Source: Amoebidium appalachense (Eukaryota > Protista > Ichthyosporea). Taken from it: a stretch of DNA of 64,000 bases. The notes beneath the pieces were generated by a model. The model was given only the letters and a program-made list of their open reading frames with translations. It made no database searches and had not been told where the DNA came from. Below are positions 59,051 to 64,000 of this stretch, piece after piece (the first letter of the stretch is position 1; every line of letters begins with the position of its first letter). The position numbers and the translations under genes are program-made. The stretch lies in the NCBI GenBank assembly GCA_963693365.1, contig CAVNZM010000007.1, positions 1,349,979 through 1,413,978 of the forward strand, in the 5' to 3' direction.

Positions 59051-59590
59051 ACCATCGAGATATATTCGTGCACTCCGTGATTTCAAGGCATTTTGCTTTA
59101 CCTAATGTTGTTGTGTGTACGTACGGCAGGACATTCACCCACACAGCTGTTCTAATTCCGTAGTCTGGTGCATAAACTTTTCATTTCTGTGTGTTTAGCG
59201 CCGTATCCCACCCTCTGTACAGTACCTGACAGTGGAGAGTCTCTACTAACCTTCCATTGTGTTTCGTTTTCCTTTTTCCTACTGTGTTAATATGTTGTGA
59301 ACACTAAATGCATACACCAATAAATCGAAGTACCAGAGTCACTATTCTACCACGCGCCACCAGGGCGCCAATATGTGACAAACAACATGACTAGGCACAC
59401 ACTTATACTGATTTCTTGCAAAGTATCACCACAAGTGCACACAATTCTTGGTAATATCTTGGGAACTATCACCACAAAAGCACCAAACACTTGCAAAAAC
59501 CAGCATATCTATCCCATAAAACCAAAAAACACCAAACTCTTCATGAACCTTGACACAAATTCGCAAAAGCCATCACAAAAACCCCCACAA

Positions 59591-60964
59591 TCACTTATCA
59601 TCCCTAGAGGCCCCTTTTACCTTATTCACCATCACCTTATAGCCTACCTCATCATACCCGTCAGCTCTATACTTATAGTACCTGTTCTCATAGAGACTCT
59701 TGGACTGACCCCGCCTCTGCCCACTACCCCACTGGTCATCACTATCATCATCGTCGTCCTCGTCCTCATCTTCCTCCTCAACCCCCTCATCTTTATAATA
59801 CCTCTTTGACTCAAAATCGTCGTCGTCATCATCATCATTCCCCTCCCCATCCTCATAGTCTCTCTCATCATAATAATCCTGCACTTTCCGATAAACATAG
59901 GCCTTTTCGCGTTCCTTCTGTTCCTTTGCAGCTTTTTCTGACATTTTGTTCTTCTCGAAAACCGCATTCGCCTGTTGCGCCGCTACTTTCTCCCCAATCG
60001 TCAAGCCCGGAATATCTTTCTCCTCCGGTTGCTGCGCACTAACATCACTCACGATCTCTTTATCCATATACTCACGGTAGCCGCGATTAAACGTCGCAGC
60101 CTGACATGTTTGGAATCCGGCGTTTTTCTCCCCATCCACCTTCTTCATTTGTTCACGAATCCACGAGAGGTAGTAGGACACAAAAGTGTACACGCTCGCG
60201 CGGAATTCGGGTACCTCATCATCCGTTTTGCAGCTTGGGCCGAAACTCACAATGCCCACTTGGCACGGGGAGTCATGGGTGTCGCCGAGCCGGTCGAGGC
60301 CTTCGTTAAAGAGCGCTCCGCCACTGTCGCCCTTACACGCGTCCCTCTCCATACCTCCGGCGCAGACTTGGCGTCTTTTGTCGAGCTTTTGGCCAATTGC
60401 ATCCCCACAGGTGACCACGTCGACGTTGACAAACGTACCCGTCTGAAGAACGGTGACTTGAAGATTTGGTTTTTCCTCGAGCAAACCCCAACCGAAAAGT
60501 TGGAATGCTGTGCTCGTCGCGACTTTCGGCGAGTCTGCAGGGGGTGCGGGGCCGTCGTGAAGACGCATGAAGGATGTTGCGTTGACTGGTGCGTCGAGTT
60601 TCAACAGAGTGATGTCGTTGGAGTACATGCCCTCCTTCTCATACAACTCATGTCTGAGTACCCTTTTAACAGTGCGAACATTGAACTCTTTGAGGTTGTT
60701 AATGTCACGCCCGCCAATGGCCACCTGGTCTCCCTCCTTGGTCTCGCAATGTGACGCGGTTATCACCCACGTTGGGTTGATTAGAGCACCCCCACAGTTT
60801 GGTTTTTCGGCGTAGAGAATGGAGGTCATCCACGGATGTTTGTCAATCTCTGTGTGGTCTGTTACAACAGTCATTCCCTCGGGAACATTCTTGGGTGGGA
60901 CGCTTGCACCGTGGCTCATCACCGCGCCCATGCAGGCGGCGGTAGCTACACCCAGTAGATTCAT
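59591..60964 (-). CDS. Secreted trypsin-like serine protease (S1A), intronless, ~457 aa, with charged and acidic C-terminal extension
   Basis: Likely start MNLLGVATAACMGAVMSHG; HPWM, CGGALINPTWVITASHC (His), NDITLLKLD (Asp), DACKGDSGG (Ser; S1-pocket Asp), VGIVSFG; tail rich in D/E/Y/K. Confidence 0.93.
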   Translation of the reverse strand: MNLLGVATAACMGAVMSHGASVPPKNVPEGMTVVTDHTEIDKHPWMTSILYAEKPNCGGALINPTWVITASHCETKEGDQVAIGGRDINNLKEFNVRTVKRVLRHELYEKEGMYSNDITLLKLDAPVNATSFMRLHDGPAPPADSPKVATSTAFQLFGWGLLEEKPNLQVTVLQTGTFVNVDVVTCGDAIGQKLDKRRQVCAGGMERDACKGDSGGALFNEGLDRLGDTHDSPCQVGIVSFGPSCKTDDEVPEFRASVYTFVSYYLSWIREQMKKVDGEKNAGFQTCQAATFNRGYREYMDKEIVSDVSAQQPEEKDIPGLTIGEKVAAQQANAVFEKNKMSEKAAKEQKEREKAYVYRKVQDYYDERDYEDGEGNDDDDDDDFESKRYYKDEGVEEEDEDEDDDDDSDDQWGSGQRRGQSKSLYENRYYKYRADGYDEVGYKVMVNKVKGASRDDK

Positions 60965-61559
60965 GTTGCGATGCAATTGGTGTACGTTTGTGCTCTTGTA
61001 GGTGTGTATTATATGGAACAAGGGCAGTTAGTGTTTAAGCCTAGGCCACTTGCGGGCGAAAAAAAGAACACACCCGCCTGACTAGGAGAAAAAACCCGTG
61101 TTCTGTATGTTTGTACCATAGGCAAGCTTGTGGGTGTGTGTCTACATAACTTTTTAGCCGGAGGTAAATAGGCGCAAACAAAACGGGCTACCTTTTAGCC
61201 CTTTGCCGGCAGACGAAGCCAAGGGCTATGGGAAGACTAGCTGATGACGTAATTTAGGTTGGAGTTGGTGGGTAATATAAAGAACGAAAGGGTTTGTTAG
61301 CAAACCGTTTTGGACTACCCAAACACACCCTGTTTATCCGCGGAGAAATCGACCATTTAAATTGATTTAAAGTTCCTAATCATTGTTTTAATAAGCTTAT
61401 TCCCTTAATCAATTTAAATTTTATAATGAAGGCTAGCTAATGTTTATGTCCATCACAGAAATGTCACGCGTGGTTATATCGTCTAACGCCGCATACCGAG
61501 CACAGATTGCAATATAGTTTACTCTCTCTCTCCCTCTCAGGCTCTCTCTCTCTCAGGCC

Positions 61560-61614
<55 letters not shown>

Positions 61615-61977
61615 CCCCCCCCCGCCCTCCCCCCCCTCCTCTCTCTCTCTTTCCCTCTTCCCCTCTCTCTCTCCCTCCCCCTCCCGCACCCACCCACCCA
61701 AAACCCTCCCCACACTCACTTTGTTCATCCACATCCCGACATCATCCCCATATAAATAGCCTATGCGAAGTGAATTCTCTCTTTTGCTACCTAGACTGTG
61801 CTACATAACTAACGCCCATGCCCCCCCCCCCCCCCCCCCCCCCCCCCACCACACACACACACACACACACACACACTCCCCTCACTAGGCCTGCCTGCCG
61901 TCCGGCGCCGCCCGGCTGTGGCTGAGGCACCCTGCCGGACCCCTGCGGCGGCCATCCCTCCCCCCCCCCCCCCCCTC

Positions 61978-62097
<120 letters not shown>

Positions 62098-63732
62098 CCC
62101 CTTCACCTGCAACAAAGCCTGTGAACCCGGAACCCTACTCGTGTACTTTCCCTTCCCTTCCCCCCCCCCCCCCCCCCTTCCCCCCTGCAAAAAAAAAAAA
62201 AAAAAAAAAAAAATAGAAAACAATGAAGTCACACAGAAACACGAAAACTATCACAGGCCTGTGCACCTATTACTGATCAGTCATTCGACCGAGGTCAACT
62301 CGTCAAAGGGAGTCCGAGTCTCACGGCCAACATATAGCTAGGCCTCAGTGCTTGGGGCAAACTTTAGACTCTGCATCTCCCAAGGCTCACCCTTCCTGCC
62401 CCCTTCCCCCCATGACACCCCAAAACACGTCGACCAAGCCCCAGGCTGCAGCTGGCAGGCTTGTCCCACCTAAACGTATACATACTTGTTTTACAGTCAA
62501 CTTTCATTCGATGTCTGGCATCTGTCAGGTCATTTACATACGTGTTTCACTTAATGTCTGGCATCTGGTCAGGTAAACAGTAGTACAAGTTTCACTCATT
62601 GTCTATTCATCTGGATTTATATATACATGTTCCACTCATGGTCTATTCTCACTAGCAAATAGGCGTTGTTGCTTTGCATATGAAAGAAATGCTTTCACTA
62701 TCGGTAACACTAACTCGCTGCACTCCCTGCCCTCAATTTATTCAACATAACACGGATACCCTTTACTAATCACGAATGGCACTCTGTGTACTTTATCTAT
62801 GTTAATGCATCTTCCTGTAGTGCACCATGTGCACGAATGTGCTGTGGAGTTTGTGATGAACACCATTGTTGTGTGCCTGGGGGATGTGCGGGTATGTGAT
62901 AGTTGGTGCGGTATGGCGCCTTTTTGTGAGCGCATGCACACACACACCTGAGTGTGTGCGCTACCGTCTGTCACGTGTGGTGTGCTTGTGTGGGTGTGTG
63001 TGGGTGTGTTTTTGTGTGCTCAGGTTGACTATCTGTGTTTCTGTGTGTGTGTGCCAGCGCGTGTCCCTGTTGTTAGTGTGAACCGACGTGAGTGCATGTG
63101 CACATGCTTGCATGCACAGTGTGACGTTGTGTGTGTGTAGGTGTGTGCGTGTGTGTGTGTGACTATGTGTGGGTGTGCGTGTGCGTGCGTGCGTGCGTCC
63201 GCGCGTGCGTGGGCTGGTGTGTGAGTGTGTGTGTGTGCGCGCGTGCGTGTGTGTGTGTGGTGTGTGTGTTTTTAATTGTGTGTGACCTTGCGTGCGTACG
63301 CCTGTGTGTGGGTGTGTTTGTGTTGCCTTTGCGTGTACCACAGTGTGTGTGTAGAAGCGTGGAAGTACCAGAGATGTAGGTGTACCTGTAACCATGTTTG
63401 TGCGTGTGGTTGTGTGTGTGCCTACCAGTGTGTGCATGCACATGGACCATCACCACAAACATACACTAACGTACACACTATCACACGACCGACGCCATCA
63501 CTATCATCTTGGTCACCATGTACGCGTGTACTTTCGCGTCGTGCGGGCAAGCCGGCAGAGGCACGGGTGGCCTACAGTATTATTATTCCGTCGTGGCCAT
63601 ACGAGTGGAACAAAAAAAAAACTCCAGAATGCATTGCCACGACTCAAGATAAAACTCGAGTGAGACGGACTGTTGTTACCAACTAGCATGCGTGTAGGTC
63701 TTCGGGTTGCTGTCCTCTGTCTCCGACGATAA

Positions 63733-63763
<31 letters not shown>

Positions 63764-64000
63764 GGCTTTTTTTGCCCTACTGTAGACAGTGGCAGCGCCG
63801 GCGCTTCGCGGCCGAGTGGCGTCTTGGATCCCCCAAAACAACGTGATTGGCGGCATATTTTCAACACTGTACATAGTAATTTTCACCCCACAGATTGTGA
63901 CATGCCTCTAAATCATAGCATCAGAGATTCGAACTTACAATCGTAAATGTTAGTGAGGAAGCCCAGTCTTATATTACTAGTAATATTGTATTTCTTATGG

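Noticed and set aside
59975-60754. 259-aa plus-strand ORF
   Set aside because: Antisense to the trypsin gene.

Overview
Eukaryotic, intron-rich DNA whose introns and spacers are packed with poly-C/poly-G/poly-A runs and (CA)n/(CT)n microsatellites; most entries in the ORF track are translations of these repeats. A receptor tyrosine kinase plus protist-like secreted proteins point to a unicellular holozoan, possibly an ichthyosporean (inference). Contents in order: (1) a decaying RTK gene with a GGA(I/V)...FxxN repeat ectodomain (minus strand, <1-11166); (2) a two-exon F-box/LRR-like gene; (3) two paralogous secreted, probably GPI-anchored proteins (22027-23811 and 34569-36703) with an EGF-like N-terminus, beta-rich domains, a conserved polybasic site and a hydrophobic tail, a layout recalling animal zona pellucida (ZP) module proteins; (4) a 5'-truncated RNase H-encoding LINE with a 16-bp TSD and a tRNA-derived SINE family sharing its 3' end; (5) a head-to-head pair of proteinase K-type subtilases, one intact and one with all catalytic residues replaced, both ending in the same Cys-rich DxWC repeats; (6) an intronless trypsin with an acidic tail. 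Best candidate for an undescribed system: ZP-like surface proteins clustered with secreted proteases and a pseudoprotease. All homology calls are by eye and need profile or structure searches.
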